NCBI GenBank assembly: GCA_038496445.1 | Contig: JALMLS010000488.1 | Location: 266,627 to 330,626 of the forward strand | Length of the DNA: 64,000 bases | Reading direction: 5' to 3' | Source: Trichosphaerium sp. ATCC 40318 | Lineage: Eukaryota; Protista; Tubulinea | Shown: positions 13,871 through 27,150 of the stretch, piece after piece | Position numbering within the stretch: position 1 is the first letter of the stretch | Layout: each line of letters starts with the position of its first letter | The notes under the pieces: generated by a model | The model's input: only the letters and a program-made list of their open reading frames with translations | Databases searched by the model: none | What the model was told of the DNA's origin: nothing | Position numbers and translations under genes: made by a program

Positions 13871-13959
13871 AGAGAAAAACTAATCCAGTTTTTTTTTCCC
13901 TAATTTTAGTTGTTTTTTTTGTTCTTTACAAGTTTGACGTCTGTTTGGGTTTTTGTTTC

Positions 13960-14866
13960 CTAGGATGAATCCACAGATAACTCTCCTACATCCATATCAT
14001 CACCTTGATATGTTCCGGGGTTTCTATCAACAATAAGGCAAAGAAGTATTCAAAGAAGTGAAACAGTAAAAAAAAAGCAATAAAAAAAAATTAAATATTA
14101 ATTCACATACCTGTCACCGCCAGCCCCGATTTGTTCTAGTATTGCTACTACCTCTGCTCTATTTTCTTTTTCTGCTAGTGCCAATGGTGTTTGTCCCTTC
14201 AAAAAATAAGCGAAAGACATGGATATAACAAAGACAAAAGCAATAGACTTACAAGTTTGTTTTCAATATTATAATCTGCATTTGCTTCCAAAAGCAAAGA
14301 GCATACTTCACTTGAACTAAAAACGCTCATGTGTAGTGCTGTGTTACCATCATTATCCCTGATTATTATAATAAGTTGAAAACAGATATACTAGCTGAGA
14401 GACGCACTTGATGTCCGGATTGGCGTTTTGAGTGAGCAAGAATTTAACAGTGTCTAAATAATATATTACATATTGCTTGTTTTTGTTGTGTTTTTTATAA
14501 ACACCTCACCTGCATGGTCTAGACCTGCAGCTATCATAAGAGCTGTTTGACCATTTCCTTCTGCTTTTAGTACATTAGCAAAGTGGCAAATAATACAACC
14601 AGGAGCAATGAGCAAGAGTAAATTCAAAAACAATTTGTGGAGAATTATGAAAGAGTTTTTTGAAGTTTACGAAAGAACAAGAATTTGTGGAGTAGCGTAC
14701 GAACACGTATATTTAAATCAGGCACAACACCTTCGCTTACCAACCTCTCCATGTCAATAAGGTTGCCTAAAAACTGGAATTTAAAACAAATGTCTTCTAA
14801 GCAAACCATTGTACCTGTCTGTGCGTATGCTAAGAATCTCCATATGTCTGGGTGCCGGTGTGTCAT
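13960..14866 (-). CDS. Small ankyrin-repeat protein, spliced; start uncertain
   Basis: Exons with ankyrin motifs GQTALMIAAGLDH, GNTALHMS, GQTPLALA. Confidence 0.8.
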
Positions 14867-15215
14867 CTAAGCAGTGTTTTTTTAAAAAAAAGGCGCGTAA
14901 AATCGCATTCACGTTATAAGGATAGCATTGGAGCGCGTAGAAAGTTTATTACAACGTAAAGCAAAATACCGTTGATTTTGATGTAGCAATCTTTTAACAA
15001 AAATATGGCGTACGATCTACAGGGTGCTGTCCGCGCGCTTTTGCGTACACTTGTTGATGCCGGTATTACTTAACAACCTTAAGCGCATTTGGCAGTAGAA
15101 TAGCCACTGCGTTGCGAAGGGTAACTTTACGACGCGATAATAAGGAATATACAAGGTTATTTATGCATTTTTATACAAGAAAAGCAATCAAAGCTTTAGA
15201 AATGGTGCTATTCGT

Positions 15216-15967
15216 CTAAACAAGATATATTTCTTCTTTTGACTCGATATCTTGCCTACAAATAGGACACCTACAACGAAAATACGTCAAAATCAACTCT
15301 AAAGCGTTCTTGTTTCGTTAAATCGTACCTGGTTATTTGTGAACTACAATCGACGCATAAACAAAGATGATTGCAAGGTTTCACAAGTATTTTAATTTTG
15401 TTGTCCATACAAACGCGGCACTCAATGGCTTGGTTGCGTTCGCTTTCTATTATCTTACGTGTCTACGCTTGAATTAGAAACAATAGTTATTTTTGCCTTT
15501 CTAGTGGTTTTTGCAGAGTCTGTTTTGCTACCTTTTCTGATTTTACCGCTTTAAGGGCTACTCGCAGCGATTCCTCTAACCCGTCTAGTTCTTCAACGTG
15601 AAGAAATTTCAGAACATCTTTATCTCCACGCAATGCTGCTATTTCTGCCTTCAGGTACCTATTCTGCGCCTTGATCTGTTGTATAGTGGCCGTAGCGTAT
15701 CTTGACCTGTTTTTAACGTAAGTGGAATTTGTGTTAGCGTGAAACGTGCTTTGCGTTTGATAGGTCAATTTGTTCGCCTAGATTGGCTACTAAATTGTTG
15801 TATTCTTCAAGTAATTCTGTATTTGCGCTAATGCGTCCACTGAGCTTGTCAACCGTTCTGTATAGAGTCTATATACAAGTTACATGCTGTAGGCTTGTTT
15901 TCAGGCATACCGAGTTTTGGAGCTTCAGTTGCGCGTTTTCATAGCACATGTAGTGTTGATCTGCCAT
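15216..15967 (-). CDS. Coiled-coil + C3HC4 (IAP/MGRN-type) RING E3 ligase
   Basis: CRVCMDNKIKILVKPCNHLCLCVDCSSQITR|CPICRQDIESKEEIYLV* preceded by a coiled coil. Confidence 0.88.
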
Positions 15968-16334
15968 TAGTATGTACAACGAAGCGTTTTGTTTCTTAAT
16001 GAAAACAGTTCACACTTTTACCGCGTTTTTCGACGGTAATTTAACCCCCTAAAGCCGCCACCAGCTGTTTGCTTTCCCTTTGCGTTAAGCAAACAGAAAA
16101 GCGTTCAAAACGGCCTAAGTTGTCTCACCCAGTTTTCAACAAACCATCAAAAACTCAGAAAGTGGCCACGGCTTAACAAGTTTTCTTTTCGTGCAATGTG
16201 GTTGAATAGCGCGTTTCTTTATTGTTTGCGTTGATTAAACAAAATTTCGCTTAAACTACGATCAAAATTTATTCATAACATTCGCAACGCACTGTACTAT
16301 CTAATTTGAGCGCCTTTTGGCCATTTGAAATGTA

Positions 16335-19300
16335 ATGTACGTATTTACGCAAATTACAGTAAGAAACTATTTGTTAGGCAATCAGACGACGATTTTGATC
16401 TTCTTTTATCCCAAAGCAGGCGTCCAGCCCGACGTTTACCGAAGAATAAGCAAAGTCGCGCGTCACAGGTTAAATAGACATAATAATGTACTAAACGGCA
16501 TCTAATATACGTGTAGAGGCGTGGAAATACACAAACATCGACTCGCCGTAAAGCAAACTTGAAACAACCAATAACCACACGGAAACGCGTCTCGCAAGCG
16601 CCTAAGACAAAAGCTATCAACCAACCAAGTCAACGGAAAAAACAACAGCGTAAAAAACCTCCAAAACGTCGCGCAGCAGTACTATATAGCGATGAAGAAA
16701 AAGAACAGGTACAGAAAGACGTTGTTTTGTAATTTGGAAAAAATTTTCTTGGAGTTACCGCCAATAACGGTATTGTGTAACTCCATCCTAGAGTTCAACT
16801 GGTAGACCTGCATCACAACGTCAAAAGACAGAGAAGTCCACACCACATCCTAAAAATTCGGATAATACCCAAAATGAAATTATTGAAAACAAGTCACCTA
16901 TCTCTCAGGTAGTTGAGGAACCATCAAATATTTCAGCATGTACGTTTTATTTTTACATATATTAATTTCATATTAATAATGTCAAATTCATAGATGGAGG
17001 ACATAATGACTCTGAGCGTAAGTCTAGTTTAGTAATGCAAGAAAAATACTTGCTTACTTTCTTGCTTTTTTTTGTTAATCATTTTGACACCTTCTACTTA
17101 GTTGACTCTAGTTCTAAGATGGAGTATTTTGATGAAAGTGAGGTTGTCGTAGTTGAAGACTCATCAGATGAGGATGATGTACCAGTTGGTAAGTACTACA
17201 TTATCTTATTCAAAAATCTTGTCTAATTCTGTTCCTCTAGATGCAACATTTTCTGAACCTAGAGGTATGTAAATACTATAGTTTGATTTTCCTTATAAAA
17301 AAACGCTTTTAGATGATCCACTACCTGTGGTAGATGGCGACACTAGGATGCATGTTTCGTAAGTACATATTTTTGTAGTTAATTTTGGTATGATATGTTA
17401 ACTTTTTGCAGTGATCTTGGTAATGTAAGCGAGGAAGAAGATGAAGTTCCTCAGGATGCTTATGGTTATTTTTGGTATTCTCAATCAGTGCCACAAGGTA
17501 AGTAATGTTAGATAATCCAAAGGCTCAAAGAGATGTAACGATTTGTTTGTTTTTACAGAACGAGAAATTGTGTATGGACATAAACACATTAAACATGAAA
17601 TGAGGAGTTCTCAAGAAAATCTGGAAGCAGTTATTGATAAGGTTGTAAAGTACGTTATTTATATAATATTCACGTGGCATTTGATTGACATTGTATAGCA
17701 ACTTCTCCATAGGAGAAGACAAAGACGACAAAACGTTTGGAACACCAAATACACAAAACACTCCTTCTACTGCAGGAGGATTACCTTCAACCCCTAGAAG
17801 AGCACGAGAAGAACAATGGACACGAGAACACCTCGAACAACGTTCTTCACGCTTTGAACCTCCATCTCAAATGCACGTTTCAATTTTTCCCTTTCAGCTT
17901 TTGTTGATTTTTTTTTAACTTCAGGGTCGATCCTATTGCTCCTTATGATACGCCTAAGGACGATCATGTTGCTATTCAAGGTGGTAGAAAAGCTTTGGAA
18001 AGCTTAATGACTATTGTATTGGGATCTCAGTCATCATTGAGCACTGGATCTCCAGAGCAAGTGCCTTTAGTTCTTAACCAGTTTAAGTCTCCAAGTACTC
18101 AACATATTGAAGCTATTCCATTAGACTTTAGTCAACCAATTCATACTCCACTCGCTTTATCAAAGAAACCAAATAGTATCAATGTGAAGAAACCAGCCAC
18201 AACAACAAATACCCAACAACAGACGTTTAGTAGTAGTGCACCAATCATCCCAAAAGCAAAAGTCAGTTCACCTTCTTCTGTTAAAAAGGATTACATACGA
18301 GCACCAGCAGCTTCTGCACCTCTACCAAAACCGCATAAGGCTTCGCCAATACAACAAAAGCCGCCAATACAACAAAAGCCTCCTGTGTTGGTATCAAAGA
18401 AGCCATCACCTGTTAAAGTTAGTAACCCTCTCAGCTTTTCTCTTGAGATTGATGAGCTTCCTGAAGATGATCTTTTACAGCTTATTCAAGAAGTAGAAAA
18501 CAAACGTAACTCTCAAGGCTCATCAAAAAACACACGTGGTACACCAACAACAGTACCACAGAGATCTTCAGGACCACCTATCACCACTGCAAGTCGATCG
18601 TCTGTGCCATCAAGCAGCCAACAACCTTTTCCACAAGCAACAGAAAAGCAAGCATTGCCTAAACCTGTCATGCACAAAGCCCCACCAAAACGATCTACAG
18701 CGCCACCAAGACCACAAACTACATACAATAACTCAAAAGCAGGTTCGATAAACCCGCCACATGGAGCACCTGCTGTTATGGCTAGAATACCTTATACAAA
18801 CAAAAACAATAAGCCACTGAAGACTCCTCAACCTTCTGTTGTTATACACAGAAATACGTCGTTTCACGCTAATAATAAGAGCGTTCCATCTTCTGTAGGA
18901 GGTTTTCAGCGGTTCCCTTATAAAGTGAATAGAGTAAATAATGTACAGCAACCAAGTAATCAGAATCAGATGACTCAGCACGCTAGAACAAACAATCGAA
19001 ACAAGGGCGCTCAATTACCTCCTCAAGGATTCAACAGATTCAAGAAAACTCCTGTTTTTCCAAGTTCTTTAAGTAGGGATAATTCAAATAGAAGCACAGG
19101 AAGCACAGAGAGAATAACAGACACAAGCCAAACTGTAAATAATGTGACTGCTAAAAGTGTACTTACTTCGGTGTTTTTTGAATACTTTGCTCATCCTTTG
19201 TTAGTCTCAAGAGAAGCTTACCTATGTTACAAGATTTCTAATCCTTCAAGTCACACGTAACAATAACCATGTGGTACGTAGTTGATAAAGGTGTAGCACC

Positions 19301-22300
19301 ATAGTTGTTAACAAAGATTTTGTAGAAACTAAGAGGATTCAATGAACAGTATAACTTGGAAGAAGATATCTATCTTACAGGTAGCTGGGTATCATCGCAA
19401 GTGAGTGTTGTTGCTTCAAATAAATCACGTGTGAATTTATATACCTGTTTAGGTTCAAGAAGGCATGTTTGTGAACGTGCTTGGTAAAAAATCAGATGGA
19501 CCAAACTTTGCTGGTCATTATCACATTGGTGATGAAGCTGGTATTCTTATCATACATCCCGATATATTAATATCGGGATCTTCTCTATCAAGTTCTGTAG
19601 ATTGCCCAAGACGCTCTGTACTCAAATACCGTACAGCTGTACGTTTTACAACATGCTGACTTTAGTCAAAAAAACATCCTCATAGCTTTTTGTTTACCCT
19701 TTTCGCTAAGCAACTTAACTGGAGTACTGCTCCAATATATGGAAAGATTCTGCATGCCGTGATGCAAGATGGTGAGGCGTTATTGAACATATTTAAAGTC
19801 TAACTTGATTTTATTTAAGCGCTTGTTCGGAATGACTTTGACTTTAAGAAGCTTAGAGAGTTTGCAACACGTCAGGTTGATAAACATGTTGCTGAGATTT
19901 TTGCTACTAATAATAGCGATGTTCATGTTATATCTCAAGTGGAAAAAGCTCTGCCATGCCTCATGCAACATTTTGCTGAGAGGTTCTTGAAAGGCAATAA
20001 TAAGGTATTTACAAAGTAGTTTTCTTTCTCTCTGTCACGAATGAAAGTGACACGTGCGTTTTTTTCTAGGCTATAGTTAGATTGCATGGAAAAGATTATC
20101 ATATTGTGATCAAAGAGACTATTAGTATTGAAGAAACAATTTGGTCTCCAATGTTTGGGATGAAAGGTAATATCAGGTTTTAGAGTTTGTTTTTTGTAGC
20201 CTTGAGGCATTGTCTTACTCTTTGTTTTTCTTTATTTAGGTGATATTGATGTAGTTGTAAAGTGTACAGCATCTGAGATTATAAAAGGCAGGCATCAGAA
20301 TCCTCGAGAAGTTATTCTACCTCTTGAAATCAAAACAGGATCACTTAATAATGGATTTCCTGATGCACAGGTTTTACTTTATGTAATGCTTATGAGAGAC
20401 AGATATAGTACGTCTTTGTTTATTTAGAATATCTATGTTCGTATTGAGCTTATTTGTTCTTGCTAAGATACTGAGATTCCTGCTGGGTTATTATATTCCG
20501 TAAAAGATACTCAAATGAAAGGTAGGCGTCCTTTTTTGTTCAAGAACATAGTTTATTTCAATCGTTTATTTCTATCCACAAGTTGGCACTATTCTAGCCT
20601 CTATCATGAACATTAGTTTACATTAATTTCTTACATACTTTATAATGTTTTCTCAATGACTAGGAGGCTATCAAATGCATTATTTTTTCGTTGTATTGTT
20701 TTTTATGGTTTGCTAATTGTATTTCAACCAAAAGGTGTTACAGTGAAACATGCAAAATTATCTGCACTCATACAACGACGAAACGAGCTCGCAATCCGGT
20801 TATCATCTTTTGCTCTTCCTGAAGTAGTAACGGATGACCCCAAGATGTGTTCTCGTTGTTATGTAAAAGAGCAATGCTTAGTCAATCACAAAATGACAAA
20901 TAATACTGACTTTGATGACCCAGATATCCAAGAACTACTTCTTGTACGTATACGTGACACTTGTAACCATTTCGCCCTTTTACGAGAGTCCCAGATGTCC
21001 ACGCATCTAAGTTTTCTTCTAGAATGAAGCCCAACATTTGATTCATCGTGAAGATGCACCTTTCTTTACAAGGTGGATGAAGGCGATTGACGCAGAAGAA
21101 GCAGAAGCCAGAAATACAGAACGACTCATGTGGATGCTCACACCAGCGCTGTTTGAATCGCAAGGACTGTAAGTATATATTGAGTGTAGCACGTTTCTGA
21201 TTATTCTACAAGATGTTTTGATCGCCTACGGATAGTCAACTCAGCTCGTGTACCTTCAGTTGTTGCTGATGACTTTGGTGGCATAAAGTACACGTTTTCT
21301 TCAGGTTCTACGACTGGACGTAGTTTGTTGGATTCTGTTATCCATGAAAATGATTACATAGCATTATCAACACGTGTTGGAAACAGATGGCATCATGGTA
21401 TTGGTTCTGGTAAAGTTGTTAAAATAGGCCGTAAAGAAATCTGTATTCAATGTGATGAGCCACTTCTTGGTCCGCCAAGTGCGGATATTGAAGATTTGAT
21501 ATGCGAAAGGTTAGTACAGTTCTGGTTTTTCTGTCACGTTTTTTTAATGTTTTGTTCATAAAGGCTTGATGGTATGCAACAAAAGTTCAGAGCGCCAATA
21601 TTCAATCATTCGAGCAAACGAGTTGCTATTGAATCTTTGGTTTGGCGTGTTAGTAAAAGGCATATATTTAGTACTTTTAAGAGCTCGAGAGTACGATTTT
21701 TGTTAACTTTTGCTGCTTTGTGTTTTGTTATTGCTTTGTGTAATTGGTTTATTTTTAGGCAAATATATATAGGTTGTTTGTGAGTCAGGGAGATCACAGG
21801 CGAAGACAACTTATTGTTCATGGAGCACCGCCAGTTTTTACAAAAACTACATTGAAGTTTGGTAAAGATTGTGAACTTAATGGTATGTCCAGCTTAATGG
21901 TGTACTGGTTATGTTCTTTTGTTAATACTCATATCTCGTTTAAGTCGATCAGAGGAAAGCTTGTTTGCAGGTGATACAAGGTACTACATTTTGAGAAAAA
22001 AGAAACAAAGTCTCAAGTTTGTTAACTTTTTTTCTTCGTTACAGCTCAAGATTACGCTCTTATTCTTGGTATGCCTGGTACTGGTAAAACTACAACTATT
22101 GCATATATTATACAATTACTTGTGCGCCATGGCAAGTCAGTGTTGATATCTGCATATACACACTCAGCTTTGGATAATCTGCTGTTGAAGTTGAGGGAAC
22201 TTGGTGTTGAGTTTTTCCGGTTTCATAGAGGAAGCATAAACTCGGTAAGTTAACCTTGTTGGTTGTTAACTTTGTATCTAATATGTATTTGCTTAGGTTG

Positions 22301-23840
22301 CAAAAGAGCTACGAAATGTGACATTGACAGGTGTTAATAGTAATATAAAGTTAAAACAACTTGAAGATTTAAAGGGTAAGAGGTTTTTGGTTACCTGTTG
22401 TCATATTTCTTCTCGTTCTCATATTTTTCTAAAGCTCAAGGGAAGTTCAAAGTTATTGGGTGTACTTGCGCTGGAACTAATAATCCGTTATTACAAGCTT
22501 TGGATACTTTTGATTATTGTATTATTGATGAAGCTACTCAATTGACATTACCTATTGCGCTTGGTCCGCTTCGTTTTGCTAAAGTTTTTGTACTCGTTGG
22601 TGATCATTACCAGGTTTGTCAACCATTGTGTTCTCCTTACTTATTAATGTACATAGTTGCCTCCTCTAGTTCGTGCTGCTAATAATCCACTTTATGGACA
22701 AAGTCTGTTTAAACAGCTGTCGGTGAAACACCCTGAAGCTGTTGTAGAATTACACTATCAGTACCGAATGAACACGTGAGATATTTTTAGTAGCATTTCA
22801 CTTTTTGTTTAATCTATTGCGTAGCGATATCATGTCCATCTCAAACCAGCTTGTATATCAAAACAGACTTATAGGTGGTACAGAGAATATATTAAATGTA
22901 CGCCAGCATACAAGAACTTGTAAAAGCACTAATCTTTTTTGTTTGTAGTGTAAATTAAATAAGATTGAACTCGCGTACCTACCTAAGCTCAAGCACGGAT
23001 TTATTTCTTCTCAAAACTGGTTGATGCAAGTATTGGATCCATCGTACGTAATAAGATAACTGATATAAAAGCTCACGTGCTTTTTTTTAATAAAGGAAGA
23101 GCGTAGTGTTTCTGGATACTGATAATATGCCCGCTTTGGATTCATGTACAGATAACGGTCACACTGGGGGTACAGAGGTTGTTATAAATAGAAAAGAAGC
23201 AAAAATAGCTTCATGGGTACGTTGTTGGCTAGGAGTTTGCTTCTATGATTATTTTGCTAAATCGTTTACTAGTTGGCTCATGCGTTAGTCAGTTGTGGTG
23301 TACTTATGGAAGAGATTGGCATTCTTACACCTTATCGATCACAAGTATCTACAATACGACAAGAACTACGGAGATTGCATGTCAAAGAAACTGATACAAA
23401 GACTATAGACAAGTACCAAGGCAAAGATAAGCCATGCGTAATTGTTTCATTCGCACGTTCCAACCCAAAAAAGAAGGTAAGAATACTTTTTTTGTGTTTT
23501 TCTTGTATTAAGTTCTTGTATTAGATTGGAAGTATTTTGCGCGACTGGCGCCGTCTTAACGTCGCTTTTACAAGAGCTAAGCAAAAGCTTCTTCTCATTG
23601 GATCAAAGAGCACATTAGAAGGGCACTCTCTGTTTTCGAAGTTCTTCGAACTTGTTGTTTCTAAAGGATGGCATTTTATGCTTCCAAGAGATGCATGTGA
23701 TTTTTATGATATGTCACCACGTGTTGGGTACGTTGTTTTTATTATTTATTTCTAATAGACTACTCTTGATATCAAAAACAGATTACTTATTGTTTTTACA
23801 CAGACCTGAAGCGGAAACGTCAAGCCCTATGGTTCTTTGA
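16335..23840 (+). CDS. DNA2: DNA replication helicase/nuclease Dna2 with a long disordered N-terminus; >20 introns
   Basis: IIHPDILISGS..CPRR, WSPMFGMKGDIDV, PLEIKTG, CxxC Fe-S motif, LGMPGTGKT, AYTHSALDN, IDEATQ, LVGDHYQLPP, QYRMN, TIDKYQG, DWRRLNVAFTRAK. Confidence 0.95.
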
Positions 23841-24107
23841 TTCTTGGTGAAATGTAATTTTGAGTGCGATACCAATAAAGGAAATGTTGCGCTGTGTAAA
23901 CAAAGTATTTAGTCTATCCTTTGCAAGGGCGATTAGTTGGTTGCTGAAAAATATATGTTGTAATAGTATTGACATTGTCACGTTTTTTTTACAAGTCAAG
24001 TGCAGTCACACTGGTAATTAAAACAAATACTGTGCTTCTACATCTAAATTGTTGTATATCTCTATCATTACCCTTATTAAAGCAGTCTTCAACAAATATA
24101 ATCAAGA

Positions 24108-25322
24108 ATGAACTCAAACAGCTCATTCTTTGACGAGATTCCGGTTGAAGTCATTATTTATATTCTACGGTTTGTTTCTGTGTTATCTATGCATACAGTA
24201 GTACGTACATCAAAATTATTAGCCAATATTGCTGTACAACACTTGAAGTACAACAATGGCAGTAGAACTATAGTTTTAAAAAGAAAACAGCTTAAAAAGC
24301 TATACAAGACAGCTCCATATCTCATAAAGAAACATACAATTTCCCCACTCTTTAAAATCAAACAAAAAGACTTAAAGTACCTGAACGGTGCTTATGCACT
24401 TAAACTCAGGGAATTGAAACTAACAGTTGATTTTACAGAATTTACTGTAGTTGATTGTATTGACTTCACACCATGTTATCACGTGAGAGATAATCATCTC
24501 AAACAACTTGCAGGAATACATAAAATTCTATTACGTGGGTCTAGTATAACAGATGCAGGTGTGAAAGCATTGGCTGGTGTTCATACTATTAAATTGAGCG
24601 AATGTTCAGATATTACAGATGATGGTATTACAGCTTTAGCTGGCGTTCATACAATTAATCTTTACAAAACACGTGTCACAGACGATGGTATTAAAGCATT
24701 AGCATTTGCTGGTAGTATTCATTCTATTGATATTAGTTGTTGTAAAAATATAACAGATGATGGTGTTATGGCGCTAGCACAAACAGGTGTTCATACCATT
24801 TCTTTAAATTGTTGTGATATTACAGATGAAAGTATCAAAGCATTAGCTGCATCTGGAGTTCATACTATTAGTCTATGGTACACAAAAGTCACAGATGAGG
24901 GTGTTAAAGCATTAGGAGCATCTGGTGTGTACAGTATTGAGTTAGGGCATTGTGTCCTAGTTACAGATGAAGGTGTTAAAGCATTAGCTGGTGTTCATAC
25001 CATTAACTTAGAGGGATGTAAAGTTACAGATGACGGTATTAAAGCGTTAGCTGGTGTTCATTCGATTATCTTAGATGGAAATACTGAAATAACAGATAAT
25101 GGTGTTAAACATTTAGCTGGTGTTTATGACATATCACTAAGAGGATGCCATCAACTAACAGACAATGGAATAAAAGCATTGATTGGTGTACATGTAATCA
25201 ATTTAAAGTCATGTCACAATGTTACAAAAAGTGCCGTAGAAGCTTTAGGTGATGCTAAAATTGACTTAAATATAGTAGAAGTTAGAACATACAGTGAAAA
25301 ATTGACTGGAATTTTTAAATAA
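24108..25322 (+). CDS. F-box/leucine-rich-repeat protein, intronless (paralogue of 8044-9456)
   Basis: F-box (FDEIPVEVIIYILRF) plus repeats LAGVHTIxLxxCxITDDGIKA. Confidence 0.9.
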   Translation: MNSNSSFFDEIPVEVIIYILRFVSVLSMHTVVRTSKLLANIAVQHLKYNNGSRTIVLKRKQLKKLYKTAPYLIKKHTISPLFKIKQKDLKYLNGAYALKLRELKLTVDFTEFTVVDCIDFTPCYHVRDNHLKQLAGIHKILLRGSSITDAGVKALAGVHTIKLSECSDITDDGITALAGVHTINLYKTRVTDDGIKALAFAGSIHSIDISCCKNITDDGVMALAQTGVHTISLNCCDITDESIKALAASGVHTISLWYTKVTDEGVKALGASGVYSIELGHCVLVTDEGVKALAGVHTINLEGCKVTDDGIKALAGVHSIILDGNTEITDNGVKHLAGVYDISLRGCHQLTDNGIKALIGVHVINLKSCHNVTKSAVEALGDAKIDLNIVEVRTYSEKLTGIFK

Positions 25323-25776
25323 ATCATAACTTGAAATTTGACATTTGCATGTACACAACCATTCGCTGTACAATACACATTTAAGAAGTACACATATTAT
25401 ATGTCATGGATGGAGTAAAAAAGAATTATTTTGATAGTGATACATCACAAGCATTAAGTAAGTACTTTCTTGAATTACTACGTTATTCTGTTGATTTTGC
25501 AAAAGCATACATTTTATTGCTACTGAAAGCTAGGTAATAATTCAGACAAATACAACAGTCCACTACTTTATACCCATTCTTCATCCACGCCATTATCCAT
25601 AACCAACAGCGTGCTTATTAACAACTATGGCACAGGCACTATGCAGTGTTGATATCTTTGAATATGTTTGGAAGGTGTCTAAGATTGGACTAAACTCTTC
25701 TAACGTAGCTGACGTAGTACTTTTTATCAACGAACACAAAACCTGCAGCTAGACATCGAGTGAGATAAATTGCAGT

Positions 25777-25876
25777 TTGGGTTTGCACTACTTTTCGAAA
25801 TTGATTGCCTCCAAAAGAACAGATTTCGAAGAAATACAACATGGCTGCCACATTTCGAAACGTAGTGCAAACCCAA
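25777..25876. repeat. 100-bp element bounded by 25-bp inverted repeats (MITE-like or hairpin RNA)
   Basis: TTGGGTTTGCACTACTTTTCGAAAT ... ATTTCGAAACGTAGTGCAAACCCAA, one mismatch. Confidence 0.8.
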
Positions 25877-26107
25877 TGTGTAAACGCTTTTGAGGCATCT
25901 TGTAATTATACGAAGTGTGGCACTCTGCTAATTTCAGATGCTTTTGGCCAGCTGGGCTACGCCTGTTTGAATCTATAGCTTGTCAACAGCCGAAAGTAAA
26001 GGTGATTAAATCTTGTGTAGCACAGAAGAAAAGTGCAAGGCTTTTTTTTGTGTCACAAACTAACCGAGGATTGGCGACTTAAAGCCATAAGAAGTTTGTT
26101 AATCCAC

Positions 26108-27150
26108 ATGCGCAATACCTCTTCATATGTCGTTTTCGTTTTTATCCTAGTATCATGCTCATACGCTACTCATTTGCTGTATGGCACGATATCAGGACCA
26201 GACTCAAAAAAATACCAATCATCGATCGCTGATGTCTCTGATACTGGCGTAATCACTCCTACTTCGCTAGGCGCATTATCTGCTTGTAGAGCTACGTCAT
26301 GTAGCGGTAATCAAGCGCTTAACGCTCTAGACATAAAAAATAATATTCTCTATACACTACAGGCAACCGCCGTACTCAGAACAGTTTCTATATCACGTGT
26401 CAATATTAAAACAGGCGTATACATGCCTCCAATCGTATTTTCGCCTTTTGGATACAACACGGACTGTAAGCAAGCGATGAAGATACAAACAATGAAGTAT
26501 GACAGTAAACGTAAAGCATTAGTACTTCTACAACAAGGTATGACAGCGGCTGACTCTGTAAATGTGTTAAACGTATACTTGGAAAAAAATACTACATTTT
26601 ACACTCCTTTTTTCGAAATTGTTGAAACGAAGCTTGGTCCTGGTCTTCTTGAAGGACAAAATGGCGTTTACTACTTAGATGATAAATCAAGTATTCTTTA
26701 CCGTACAGATGGAGACACTATAGACTCTGTTTATGTTACCACTGGCGCTACAGCTATGAAGCAAATATCACCAAACTGTAATGGTACTTTGGAGTATTTG
26801 GTTCAGATTGAAGGAGCCAAACCGGGTGACCTCTACGGTCTTTCAAGCTATTATATTGCCACAAATAACAATAGAAGTAACTACTTTAAACTATCCGTAA
26901 ATACAAGCACATGCAATCCTGCGAGCATAAAACCAGGTAATTGAGAAAAAAAAAAAGAAAGAAAAAAATAAGAATACTGAATACCGTTTTAGGTTTTAAC
27001 TTACTGATCGACAACCCAGTTCCTTTGCAACGCAATCCAGGTCAAGTAGCTTTTCTAAACTTCCCGTCAAGTCCCATTTATGTATACGACTTTGTTAAAC
27101 AGAGCCTAGAACTTGTAACATCTGGGAGTGTAAGCTCTTTGTTAGGTTAA
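26108..27150 (+). CDS. Secreted hypothetical protein (beta-propeller-like); 3' end uncertain
   Basis: Long ORF starting with a signal peptide (MRNTSSYVVFVFILVSCSYA), intron after 26936, second exon in ORF 26941-27150. Confidence 0.65.
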
